A DNA stretch of 64,000 nucleotides, taken from NCBI GenBank assembly GCA_018398765.1, contig JAHBMJ010000157.1, positions 1 to 64,000 on the forward strand, read 5' to 3'. Below, one piece after another: positions 1 through 11,363 of this stretch. The first letter of the stretch is position 1, and the number at the start of each line of letters is the position of its first letter. The notes beneath the pieces were generated by a model, which saw nothing but the letters and a program-made list of their open reading frames with translations, searched no databases and had not been told where the DNA came from. The stretch comes from Chromera velia (Eukaryota). Position numbers and translations under genes: made by a program.

Positions 1-1994
1 AGAGTAAAAAGAAGGATGGGTGAATAGAGGAACCCATGTGGATCATTCCCTGACATGAGTTGACCGACTGAAGCTGCGTTGTACCCAGAGATGCCCAACC
101 CCTAACTGACCAAAGAGACGAGACGAACGCAACTCCTTCCGCACACCAGAGGCAAGCGAGAGCTCCAAACTCCTGCATCCATACCGTATGAAGAGGAAGG
201 AAAAAGGGTAAACAGATGCATCAACCCAGGTCTTTCTGACATAACAATTAAAACCCCTTGCCCCTTGCCCATATAAAGTGTTGTTTAAAAGGAGACAGCA
301 AAGCTCAGCCTACCTCAAAAGTGTAGCCACACTACAGCACCAGCGCACGATCCCCAGCGACAGGCCCACAACAAGTGCACTCTATAGAAAATCTGCATAG
401 CAACGTGGAGCTATAACTGAAAGGAATGAAGCGGGATCTTTTAATTTCTTCCTTGCTTTCTGACAAATGCCTCGGCCTGCAAAAGCATATAATCGGATTT
501 CTACCGTACAGCCGAATATTCGGATTGGGATGCGTGTATCAGTCAAGCGTGGCAGCCCGCGTGGGCCGGTTGGGGCAGGCCGCGGCACAGACGCACGTAC
601 ATACGGCGCGGCACTGCATACCATGCGCGGCATGCATGCAGACCCGCCGGCCGGCCTGCCACTGTGCTACAACACTTCCAACCTTCACTCTCATACACTC
701 TGGGCTCTAATTTAAAACCTTTAAAAACAATAAAAGAATCGCTAAAGATACACTTAAACGATTTTAAATATGTTTAAACTAGTTTAAACTGTTTGTATAT
801 TTAAAAAAATTTTGGAGTCGGAATTAGTGTTGGAGTCGGTCTAGTCCTGTTTTTACATGGACTCACGGAACTGCAGACTCACCGGAAGAATGGCGAAAGC
901 AACCCCAGCTCCTCAGCAAAGCCGCCTTAATTCCGGTGCTCCCCGCTGCCGCCTTAATTGCATGCATGACAGGCGCGTGCGTTGACACACGAAACACGCA
1001 CGCCGCGCGGTCAAATACAATATATTTTTTTCTCTCACTAAACCCAATTAATTTAAAAACAGGAAATCGTACTGTTTGATCGCTTAAAACTCTTTGTTTT
1101 AAGCTTTTAAATATTGTTTACTGCCTAAAAAAGCTTGAGAGGTATGGTTGTTTTAGAGACCGTTTTACTGTTGGAGACCGTTCGGGATAGATTTGTCTTA
1201 GTCAAGGACCGTATTTTCTGGGATTGACCTCGGAACCAGCACTTCGGTACGACTATCTGGACCTAGAATCCAAACTTTCTGGTAGCTCATCAGTTGAACG
1301 CTGTCTGACGTGGTCTGATATGTATATATGTGACTACGGCAAGCACAAACCCTGGCACAGCCTTGAACTTCCCTGCTTCAACTCCTCTGATACAGCCTTC
1401 GACTTCCTTAGCCAGACAACAAACGCATACCAAGTGATACACTGACAGTATTGAATATCGATCTGGAATTAAGGAATTAAGCTATACAGTGTATGTGACC
1501 GACACAACAATTGATCCGATTAATTGTATGCATGCATGCGTTCGTTCCCGGCATGTTTTCGATCGATAGACGTTGATTGAGCCCATCATGTTTGAGGTTG
1601 TGAGGCTATCATTCCAGCCCTGCTGCGCTTGGTAATATGACCGTTTGATTAATTGATTTGTCATCTCGCTTCAACTGATGGCAGGAGTAGCAAGAGGCTG
1701 TTGAGTTAACCATGCCTAGCGTATCTGGCAGGTGGCCCCTTTTTTTCTGTATAGCTGAATGAGCGCCCGGTCTTGTGCTGTCTGTATGCCCAGCTAGCTT
1801 TTCAGATCTATTAGGCTGCTTTCACATTCAATTTGACTTAAATGGTCACTCTCTAAGTAAAATGAATTTGCTTGTGCCCTTAGTTTCTTTACCTAGTGGC
1901 ATTGCAATTGACTGATCATAAAGCAGATTGTATAGAGAGCAGGCAAGCTGGCTGGTTGTTGAATAACAGCTTCCAACCAGGTGTTCATTAGCCT

Positions 1995-4496
1995 ATGATT
2001 TTTCTACCTCTACTTCTGCTCTGTTGTCTGCTCTCGGACGTAGATTATCAGTTTAAATTTTTTCAAAAACACCTTTCCTGTCGTGCAGCCAATGGTTCAG
2101 GCGGTTTGAACCTAGCTAATATATCGCTCGTCCCCGTTACCAGTAACAGTGGTAAGGGGTCACAGCCAGGCAAAGGCGGAAAAGGTAGAAAAGGTGGTAA
2201 ACGTGGTAAAGGCAAGGGCTCACCGCCAGCCAGGTCGTCAAACTGACTGGCAAGAAGAGCACCTAGACAGGGTAGTGAAGTGGAAGCCCCACCTCTCCCA
2301 CCGCGCCCCCCACAGACCTTCAGCCAATCGGTGAAGATATCAATCAGAATGGAGGTGGTCAGGGTGGACAAAACAGAGACGAGGGCTCAAATTCGGGTGA
2401 GCTTCAGAACCCTGGTGCGTCAAGCGGGAATACCGGGAGAGGACCTGGTTTTCTCTTGGCCCCCAGCGCTCAGTCAAGCGTGCTTGACTTCGCACAGCTT
2501 AGAAAAGAGATCGTGGCGATGTTTGATCCTGCTTGTCTTAACCCCTCTGGGTCATCCTTGTCGCGAGGATTGGGGCAGGTGAGTCAATTCTCATAAGAGC
2601 ATCTCGCGTTAGTCAGAAGCTGTCTCCATGAATTTGCCTCCTCTTTTCAAACTTCCCTGATTGCCCAACAAAGAGAGGCGGCAGGTAGCCAGTCTGCAGG
2701 GAACTCCGTGCATCAGTTATCAAGGGACGCCGGGTCTGCTAGCTCGGTCGTACTGATTGATCCTCCAGATGCATCTCAGTCGGCCGCCATTGGCTCATTC
2801 AATTTGCCCAACACTGGTCCTGCAGCGGGTATCAGCCTTACTGAAGATATTCACCGCCATGAGCAAGCAACCGCTGCGGCTCCTATGGTAGCTCAGGGTG
2901 TGACTGCGCATCGCTGCGCGTCTGCCTCATCCGATCCCCTCTCCCTAGGTTGTCCTTGCACAACAGCAACAGCTATAGCAGCAGTGGGCTGCTCAGCAGA
3001 CTGTGGCTCCCATTTCAGTGACCGATCGTCTTTTCTCCCCTCCTGGAGATTCGGCAGCCGGACAGTCACAGGTCTTTCTGGCTCTCAATGCGCTGACACA
3101 GCAGGCAGCCGCCCTCATCGGGCAAGGAGGCTCAGCATACAATCAGGTACCGTGAGTGCCATCCAGAGGCAACCCTATGTTAATTTACCCACATCTCCCA
3201 GACTGTGCCTCAGCCACCCATTCCGCAGGGCCAGTCCATGTTTACCCAAGCGTACGTTATCCCAGGGATGGGGCCTCCTTTGACGTCAACAGTCACTAGA
3301 CACCGACCCCCAGCGGTTGCGCCCCAAACCGCTCCTCTTATACTCAGCCTGCTCAAGACAGCCCCCGTCCTTTCGTACAGCCTCAGCCAAGCATCATGGT
3401 GCTAGCAGCCCCTCCAACGGCAGGCATGGCACCCGACTTAGCACAGCCCTCCACCGACCTTGCTCGCGGGGGCCCGGCATTGGGCGGGCTTATGCCATCT
3501 AACTTTGAGAGGCTAGAAATGGCACAAGAAGTTGAGGTCGCTCATCATGATTTTGAAGGGGGGGAAGAGGGGGCGGCCAGCGTTTCTCAGGAGCCTATCG
3601 TGCGTAGCATTGAGCTCCACCGCGTACGTCAGTTCGAATTGTTTCTTTGGAGGCCCCGTCATAACGCCGACCTTTATATCACAGAAACAGAAGCAGCCAG
3701 AGCAACCCATGAGAACCCACTGAGGTACCACCGATATGAAGCTTTGCGTGTTATCCTGTCTAGATTTATTACAAAAAACGATAAATTCCAAGACGAACTG
3801 GCCGCTCTCTCTCTTTCTGAGATTGCGGATCTTTTGAAGAGGGTATACAAAAATGCAAAGCTATTGTCGAGGCAACGTACCAAGTCCAAAGGAGAAAACA
3901 CACTCGAGAGTATGATCAGCAGAGCGGTTATAGAACCGCTTGACCACATATTCAAGTTGATCCGGGATCTCCTTGATTATTACCGTGAGTAGGGGGAATT
4001 GTTCATGCCTACGAGCATTGCCATGGAGGCAGTTCAACACGTGCTGCGCCGCCTATATAATGGCACCCTACTCGAGAACTTCCTCTATACAGACCTTGAT
4101 GTATACGTCGGGGCAGCTCTGGCCCGTGTGCTTGCTTCAGAGATTTGCACAGTGACCATCTCAGCTTAATCAGTGTTGGGGGAAGTTGCGGAGCTGCGAG
4201 CCAAGGTCACGTGGCTTTGCTCCGATCGCTCGCTCCAAGCCGTCAAGGCCCTCTTGCCCTCCAACCCTGGCGGGGGTTCAAACCGTACACCTCGCCGAGG
4301 ACATAACAGAGGCAGAGGTCAGGAAGAAGAGCCCGATGTGCAGGTATTCTATCATGAAGTTGGCAAAGGGAACCGGGGAGGCGGTGGGGGCAGAGGCCAC
4401 AGAGGCGAGGGGGGATATTTTTACCCTACCGGCCATGGTGGTCGTGGTGGCAGTGGTGGCGCTGGGGGTACCGGTGGGAAGAAGGCTGGCCCCTAG
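1995..4496 (+). pseudogene. gag-like ORF1 of the retrotransposon, broken by stops
   Basis: ORFs 1995-2246 and 2280-2582 share a frame across TGA 2244. ORFs 3396-3992 and 4173-4496 share a frame across TAG 3990 and TAA 4167. G/K/R-rich ends, helical middle. Identity inferred from position upstream of RT. Confidence 0.55.
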
Positions 4497-5237
4497 CTCC
4501 TTATTAGATCGTGACAGAAGAAAAGAGAGGTGTGAACGATCAGCTCAAGAGGACATGAGTTGTCTCTGGGAAAGTCAGGTGGAGAGGTAATTTTTGTGTC
4601 GGACAGTGACGGAAAATGATCATACATCCTGCACCGTCCACACGGGTATTGTGGTGTAAGGCCCGAGGGAGTATTTACGGGTGTTTGTCACGTGCGAGAT
4701 TGGTGAAGAAGCATTTTTGTGTTATCAAGCAGTGATATTTGTTCATTCCATAGGGAACGATGTCTTTTGGGTGGCCAGATTGAGAGCAGATTGATCGTGG
4801 TGTGAGCAAAACTGAGTCTCAAAGAAAGTTAAAGCAGTCAAAATCCATATGTAGGTCTCGTTCCACCTTGTTTGCCTCGCTATTGCTCGTAACAGTTAGG
4901 GCGTTCGAACGAGCTAGGCCTTAGGTCAAGCTGTCAGCTTATAGTAGCTAGTCTAGCAGTGCTTATGGACTTATAACCACACCAGTTAATGCTCAAAGGT
5001 ACACACTTGATCGGTTGCCGCCTTTCTAATAGCCTGTTTGGATCTATATGCACGCCCTATATAGCATAGTTAATCATGGCTGCATTTATACTAACACTCA
5101 GGCCAGAGATGCTTGGTTTATAGTTTGGATAAGTGTTATTCCTTCACCGCTTCCTTTAGAGTATGACCAGTCTGCCTTAAGTACTGGTTTACAGTCTATG
5201 GTTTAGACATGCACTCGGTTGTTCTGCTTGATTGCAG

Positions 5238-7605
5238 ATAAGTTTCCTGACATATTCTAGGACACATTCAATCTAACGGCATTCATGGAAGATGTTCCCA
5301 TCTTTTCAGAATCTTTGCCTCTTGATTCACCAGTTAAGGGCTTCGTCTTATAGTTTCTGGCCGATTAGCTCCCAACAGATAGGAGCACTTCCTCTTGGGT
5401 CCCCCCCCTGCCCGAGGTAGCCGCACTGACACCTTCGTGTGGTTTCGTTGGCCCAGACTCGCCCGGTCACCAGCTCTTCGCAGAGGCAGCCGAGGGGGCT
5501 GGGCTCCCTTTGTGGTTTGTGTCTGTCTTGAAAGAGGGTTTTCAGCTCCCTCTTTGAGTGATTCCACCCCAAAAGGACCTTGACAATTATTTTTCCCTCT
5601 TTGACGACGCCGATGCAGTCCGCACAGAACTGGATCGGCTAGAAGAGCTTGGAAAGATTATGCCAACTCCAAATGGAGTAAAACCTCACTTGGTGACTCC
5701 TTTAGGAGTTGTGTTCAAGAACGAGAAGACCCACATGATTTTTGATGCTTCGGCCTCAGGATTGAATGACGTATGCGCCGATAGTCCGTTCACCTAGGAC
5801 GTCTCAATCCACGACATACTTCGGTCAGTCAAACCGAAGTGGTTTATTGCCAAGCTAGATTTGAAGGACGGGTTTCTTCATCTTCCGATCCATCCGTCTT
5901 ATTGCACATTCCTGGGTTTCCGACACCCCTTCAAGCAACGTAGGTACTATTCTTATAGTCACCTCCCTTTTGGTCTGAAGGTTGCCTCTTTCCTTTTTTA
6001 GGCGTTTGCGGAACATATGCGAGCCTTTTTTAGGGTGATGGGCATACCAATTGTCTTAGTTTACGTAGATGATTGGATGATAGCCGCTCCCACAGCAGCA
6101 GTATGCTCAGCAGCTCTCATTCTCATCTGGGTGATTCTAGAATTTATTTGGGGATGGAAAGTCTACCCCAAGAAGCTCTGTCTCCCAGCTCAGTCACAGG
6201 ACATCTTGGGGGTTGATGTATCCATGGGAGGGGCTGGTACCATGCCTCGTTTGTCTTTATCAGAAAAGAAAAAAGCAAAGGTGCTTCGTCTCCTTCATCA
6301 GTTCGTCCACTCGCCGAACACTGACCCCCGCCCAACCTTCGGCGACCTAGCCAAGCTGGTTGGTTTTCTTAACCATTTGTTCATCCTGTCACAAGAAGCA
6401 CCATACTACCTCATGATAGGATAAGATCCCCTGGCTCCCCATACAGTATATCGAAATTGGAACCAACTACATCACCAAGCAGTCCCGGTTACTGAGTATT
6501 CTGCCGATTCTGCATTAGGTCTTGACTTAAGTTGGTGGATGAAGCTGATCAATTAGAAGGGTCTGTCTCGTTGTCTCTTCCCAGTAGGTCCAGGATGGAC
6601 TTTCGATATCTGGGCCCCTGACAATATGTCGACTATCCCGCATCCCCTCCCTTTCTGTATTGCTCTTCTTCGAACCGATGCCACAAGTCTGGGTGATGGT
6701 GGTCTTCTTTAAATTTTCATCCATCACTCCCTACCCCTCTTCGCTATGCTAGGGTTTGGTCAGCCCTTCAATCCGCAGCACACTCCAATTGACGCGAATT
6801 CAAAGGAATCAAGAGAACTCTTTGTGCCGTGTTGGTGGCACTGGATCCTTGACGGCGCCAGAACTCTGCAGCCTTCCCTGGCAGCACCCCCTCTCTTTGC
6901 GGTTTCAACATTCTCGTGCAGTGTGACAACACATGTTCGGTTGCCATCGTGAGATGGGGGTATGTACGCACACTCGCAATGCACCCCATTCTCGAAGCCT
7001 TGTTTTCTCTCTCCCGCCGCCATATATTAGAAATCACCGCAATCCACCTGCCAGAGGTGCAGAACAAGGAAGCAGATGCCCTATGTCGGGCTTCCCGGCC
7101 CTTATTTGAGCAGCACATCTTAGCCAAGTCGTTTAAGGATTGGCTCCAACAGACAATTACGGAATGTTGCGCAGAGTGGGTGCCTTTACCATCAGTTAGG
7201 GGGGATATGTTCCTCTTTCACCTGTTTTACGGGACTGAGTCGGAAGCCCCGTCTGAGGCGAGCCTCGGTCAGCTGTCTCACTATGAGCCAGCCGTTTGGC
7301 TTCCCTCACCAGTATACTACGAAGGTGTGACACGCCGGTTGGCATCCAAAACTGCCCAGCCCGCTCATAATCCCGTATCCTTTGCCCACCGTATTGAGGT
7401 GTTTCTCTTCTCAAGCACACTTTTTACTATGTGGGCACGGTTTATTCCGAAGCGATCCTCTTCGACGGTCCGGCGCTGGCCTTTTGCACAAAGCACTCAC
7501 ATGTTTGAGAGGACGGTCTCTCTTAAGCTGCTGGGAGTCCTTAGTTCCCCTCTCACTATTCTGGCAAGGATTGACGGACCTTGGTTAGTCTTTGTGTGCA
7601 AATAA
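5238..7605 (+). pseudogene. pol: reverse transcriptase + RNase H + C-terminal extension (degenerate methyltransferase-like position)
   Basis: One frame from ~5240 to ~6900 reads WFVSVLKEGFQLP...DNYFSL...PLGVVFK...IFDAS..GLND...KLDLKDGFLHLPIHP...LPFGL...YVDDW...DLSWW...TDATSLGDGG...RELF, with nine in-frame stops. A frameshift near 6900 leads to VQCDNTCSV...HLPEVQNKEADALCR. Confidence 0.92.
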
Positions 7606-8156
7606 AGACACATACCAGGGCTCTATGTACTGACCGTACACTTAATTGGACTACAGATTTCCTCATAGTAAGCATTGACATTTCATCACAAGGTTTTACT
7701 CGTTGTTACTTTTTGTCAAACCTTCCATCTCGAATGTGGCTAGAGCCTCACTCTTCCAGTAGTCTTTTAATCGATAGACAGGGCATGGTATAAGTACATA
7801 AGATGACAGGCGTTGGTTACAGACGAGTAGCTATCAGATAAGAGTTAAAGTTGCCGCTAGATATTGTAGGAAGGCAGTAAACGTAACTTTACGTAGATGT
7901 CTAACACTAGCCCTTTCCATATCTACGCGTCTATTGCCTTGGCGTATCTCATTGTCTCCGACAAGCGTTAGGCGTACACATTCCTAAGGTAATGAATTTA
8001 CTCACATTTTACGTCCGTCTGCGTCCGTGCATGTACGCGTCGGTCAAATGTCAGTTACCAAGTGTAACAGTTCCAACCGATTTTAATTTTAATTATTTTA
8101 TGCAGACACCCTGTGACGTTGTACTATCCGAGTCGGCTTGAGCACATTGTCACAGC

Positions 8157-9400
8157 ATGGCAGGGGTCACACATCCCCTTCTCTTATGTGACTCGGACCC
8201 AGTGTTAGTATCCGTCCCAGCCGAATTGACACATTTGATCCCTGCATTGCTGCACATCTGTAAAGAAGCACTCGTAGTAGGAACCAAAATGCGTTATCTA
8301 TCCACTAGTCTGTCCACCATCAACTCTATCAAACATGCCCACCGAGACTGGTTTTTTCCTGCTGATAGCCCACTTAAATTGATACTGCTGTTTACGGCAT
8401 TTATAGCTAACAAACCTACCTCCCCAAAGGCTTTGCTGGAAAACCAACTGCGGTCAGCCCTGGTCTGGTACTATCGAGTTCACAACTTCCCCCCCCCACC
8501 TTTTCAGGACCTGAGTCTGCAAGATTTTTTCAGGGGTTGGAGAAAACAGTTGGATCACATGGGGGTAAAAGGGAAGCGTTCATTATCTAAATGATGATTG
8601 AAGTTTTTGTTATGCATGCCGCATCCCCGTATATGAGGGGCGGATCTAGCCTAGTCTATCAAAAGGTTCCGGTTTGTCCCGTCTGTTCTGAATCTAGGAA
8701 CACTGCTCATTGATCACTTCTACTGCGGTTTATTTCTCAAGCAGCGGTAGAATTTTTATCTGAATCAGAGTTTTTAGCCCTTCTCTGCTACCACATAGTC
8801 GAAGAAGCCTTCCCTTGCCCCAGTACGTAGCTCATTTTTGGCAGTGCTACAGTTCTACGGAGCACGCAGGTTTAGCGATCTCCACAAGATCCACCACTAC
8901 GATATTGAGTTGGCACCATCACTACCGATGGACAGTCTGTCAGAAGAAGGTCAGGTCAGTGCTGCGCCTGGCTGCTGTTTTTGACTTCAGATTGTCCGCC
9001 AAAAGAATGATCCTTATGGAAGAGGACAATACGTCTACCTCCCCAAGGTGGGCAAAGACGGGGACCTATCACGGCCATCATTGAACACTACCTGAATATT
9101 GCGCCTGCTCAAGGCTTGGGACCGGGCGAGTCGCCAGAGAGATATCTTCTCTTCAGCTCTTAGGGGTTTGAATGGAAGACTGACCAGCTATTAAAAGGAG
9201 ACACTTGGGGATGCGCGTTGGGAGACACCATTCGTGTAGCGATTCCACACACTGATTTTCATGAGTTGTCTACTTACAGTCTCCGGAAAGGGGGGTTCAC
9301 TGAGCTTATGTCTGTTGATGGAGTCCTGATAGACGTAGCAATTAAGATTTTAGGGCATAACAAGTCAGATGCTTTCCTCTGTTATGTGAAGAGATTATGA
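8157..9400 (+). pseudogene. Tyrosine recombinase of the retrotransposon
   Basis: N-terminal helical part 8157-8594. The same frame from 8802 gives FLAVLQFYGARRFSDL (catalytic R) and RQKNDPYGRGQYV (K). After a frameshift, 9218-9400 gives YSLRKGGFTELM (H-x-x-R box, H read as Y) and ILGHNKSDAFLCYV (H/W and catalytic Y). Confidence 0.88.
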
Positions 9401-9891
9401 ACTGCCCAAGTCTAGGCTCTTTAGCAAATCTGACTTACTGAACGTACTTTCTTTATATGATGTTAATGCCTGCATAGGAATAAGTTGTTATAGGAATCAA
9501 CTTAGTCATAAAGTAGTCAGAATTTAATTCATAAAGGTAGAAAAGTTAGTCACCTGACTTAGTCTCTATTCTCAGTCACCCTTTTTTAGCCTGTTACTAA
9601 GCAGAAAGAGTGTGATCCCAACAAATTGATTCAGATTCGGTCCTCGTGCGTTTTATGCTAGGTTGCGGCTAGATACTGACGAGACGGATGTTCTTTAATC
9701 TGTAGTGCACCATCGTGCTGTTTATGCTAGTTTAGGATGAGTAAGAACGCTTCTGAGACGGCCCGTTTAGTTAGTAGGTTTGGGGTAAAGCGGGCCAGTG
9801 ATAGTTGGATGGGCTTAGCCAGTGACCGCGGTTAGCTGCATCACCTTTACGAGTCTGCGGCCACAAGCTCTCAGAAGGTTCTTTACTTCTC

Positions 9892-9921
9892 TCCTTACTT
9901 ACTTGAACAAGTAAGTAAGGA
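9892..9921. repeat. Perfect 14-bp inverted repeat with 2-nt spacer
   Basis: TCCTTACTTACTTG (9892-9905) AA CAAGTAAGTAAGGA (9908-9921). Confidence 0.9.
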
Positions 9922-10170
9922 TAAACCCTGGAACCTAGTTCATTCTGCAGATCCTCAAAGAGAAGAGAGTAGCGCAGGTCTTTATTCCCTTATGCATTGT
10001 AGCAAGCTTATGAGTGTAGCATGCATGTATGCATGCATGTGCGAGCGACCCCGGAAAGCTAGAAAAATTTACTATAGGGTCAAAGAGAGAAAAGAATCAG
10101 ACAAGAAGAGTTGTTTGTTGATGAGTCGTTGCTTGAGAGTGAGTTAAGTGATTCCTGCAACGCGGAAGGT

Positions 10171-11363
10171 GGTTATACAGATGTGCATGGACCAATTAGA
10201 AAGGTCTGAAATTTTTGAGCCGGTTAAGCCGGTCTGCGCGATTTTGGCGGCGCCCAGGGCCCAGAAAAGCACCAAATTGGTCCCCAGAGGCCGCTGAGTA
10301 CGTTGGTGCAAGAATTTGGGCCAAAACTTTCCGGGGCCACTCTCAAAATCCCGAAATTATGCTCAGAATGCTCAAAAAGCACACCAACACACAGAGAAGG
10401 GTCATTTCGTCCTCTTGTCCCTTCCTGTCTACCTTATTGTGTAGAGCAGTACCGATGGTCAAACTGGCACAATTCTGCTCCCTTAGTACTAGATAGCTTG
10501 CCTCTGTGTCAGAGTGAAGTCTTGTGGCACAGTTGATCTGCTTTGGCGTGTCTGGCAGCTCCAGTCTGGACCAGTCAGGAAAGTACCTCCCAGGCCTCTA
10601 AAGCAACATTCCTTCTTTCTACCAGGAGGCTGCAGAATCGATCCCCAGCAATTTTACCCAATGCCCTATATCTGTTATCATCTTCCTAGGCCAGCGGGAT
10701 AGGTTCCTGGTGAGTCTGCTGGTTGTGGGAAGGCGAGATTGTTTTGTCTTCCTGTTGTGGAGAATTGGCGTCTCAGGGGTATTAATCGACCTCCAGCTCC
10801 CCCGGTAAGTGGTTCTGTCCTGCTCTTTCCCTCCAGACAGGAGCATATGAGTGTTGGGCAGTACCTTTGTGCGATGGCTGCAGGTTTAAAGTACTCAAAA
10901 AGGAAAAAGCCCTTCCAGCAATTTAACATAGGGCGCCATCTGGAGTGTATCTTTCTGTTCATGAGCAGACTTGTTAGTTGAAGTCCACAGTGTATCAACC
11001 ATTCCTTATCTCCTGTTGGAACTAACTTACTTGGACCAGATGGAGCATGTTGGTATGCATTTTATCATCATTAATGTACCACAGCCCTTTTTGAACTTCT
11101 GAGTGCAGGAAGGCCACTTTGGCCTCTTCAGGTGTCAGACCTCAAACGTCCGTTCTTTGGACTCCCTGTGAGTCTGGGAGTCGTTTTTTCTATACCAAGC
11201 AGCTAGAGAGAGTCTAGAGAGGCGAACTAACGTCTTCTAGGGTCGTTGCTTTGAGTCCAGGAGGGAAAAAGGAACAGAGGGCTGTTCTTTTTCCCCTCAA
11301 AATTTTTGAGCCGGTTAAGGTTTGGCGGCGGGTTCTAATTGGTCCATGCATATTTGTATGACC
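10171..11363. mobile_element. Probable non-autonomous element bounded by ~31-bp inverted repeats with internal direct repeats
   Basis: GGTTATACAGATGTGCATGGACCAATTAGAA (10171-10201) matches the reverse complement of 11333-11363 with 3 mismatches. AAATTTTTGAGCCGGTTAAG occurs directly repeated at 10209-10228 and 11300-11319, each followed by TTTGGCGGCG. No TSD or transposase recognised. Confidence 0.55.

Larger units (their letters stand above)
1995..9960 (+). mobile_element. Degenerate tyrosine-recombinase (DIRS/Ngaro/PAT-type) retrotransposon; ends approximate
   Basis: Same-strand order gag-like, RT (KLDLKDGFLHLPI, LPFGL, YVDDW), DIRS-type RNase H (TDATSLGDGG, CDN, HLPEVQNKEADALCR), then tyrosine recombinase (YGARRFSDL, QKNDPYGRG, YSLRKGG, LGHNKSDAFLCYV). 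No protease or DDE integrase seen. Terminal repeats not located. Confidence 0.9.

Noticed and set aside
1500..2000. Left terminal repeat of the DIRS element
   Set aside because: No direct or inverted match to 9400-10100 found by eye.
5238..6720. TAG/TAA reassigned to Gln (alternative genetic code)
   Set aside because: Host genes have long stop-free exons and end in TAA/TAG; the stops are limited to decayed elements.
9670..9760. Hammerhead ribozyme suggested by CTGACGAG
   Set aside because: No GAAA core or closing stems follow.
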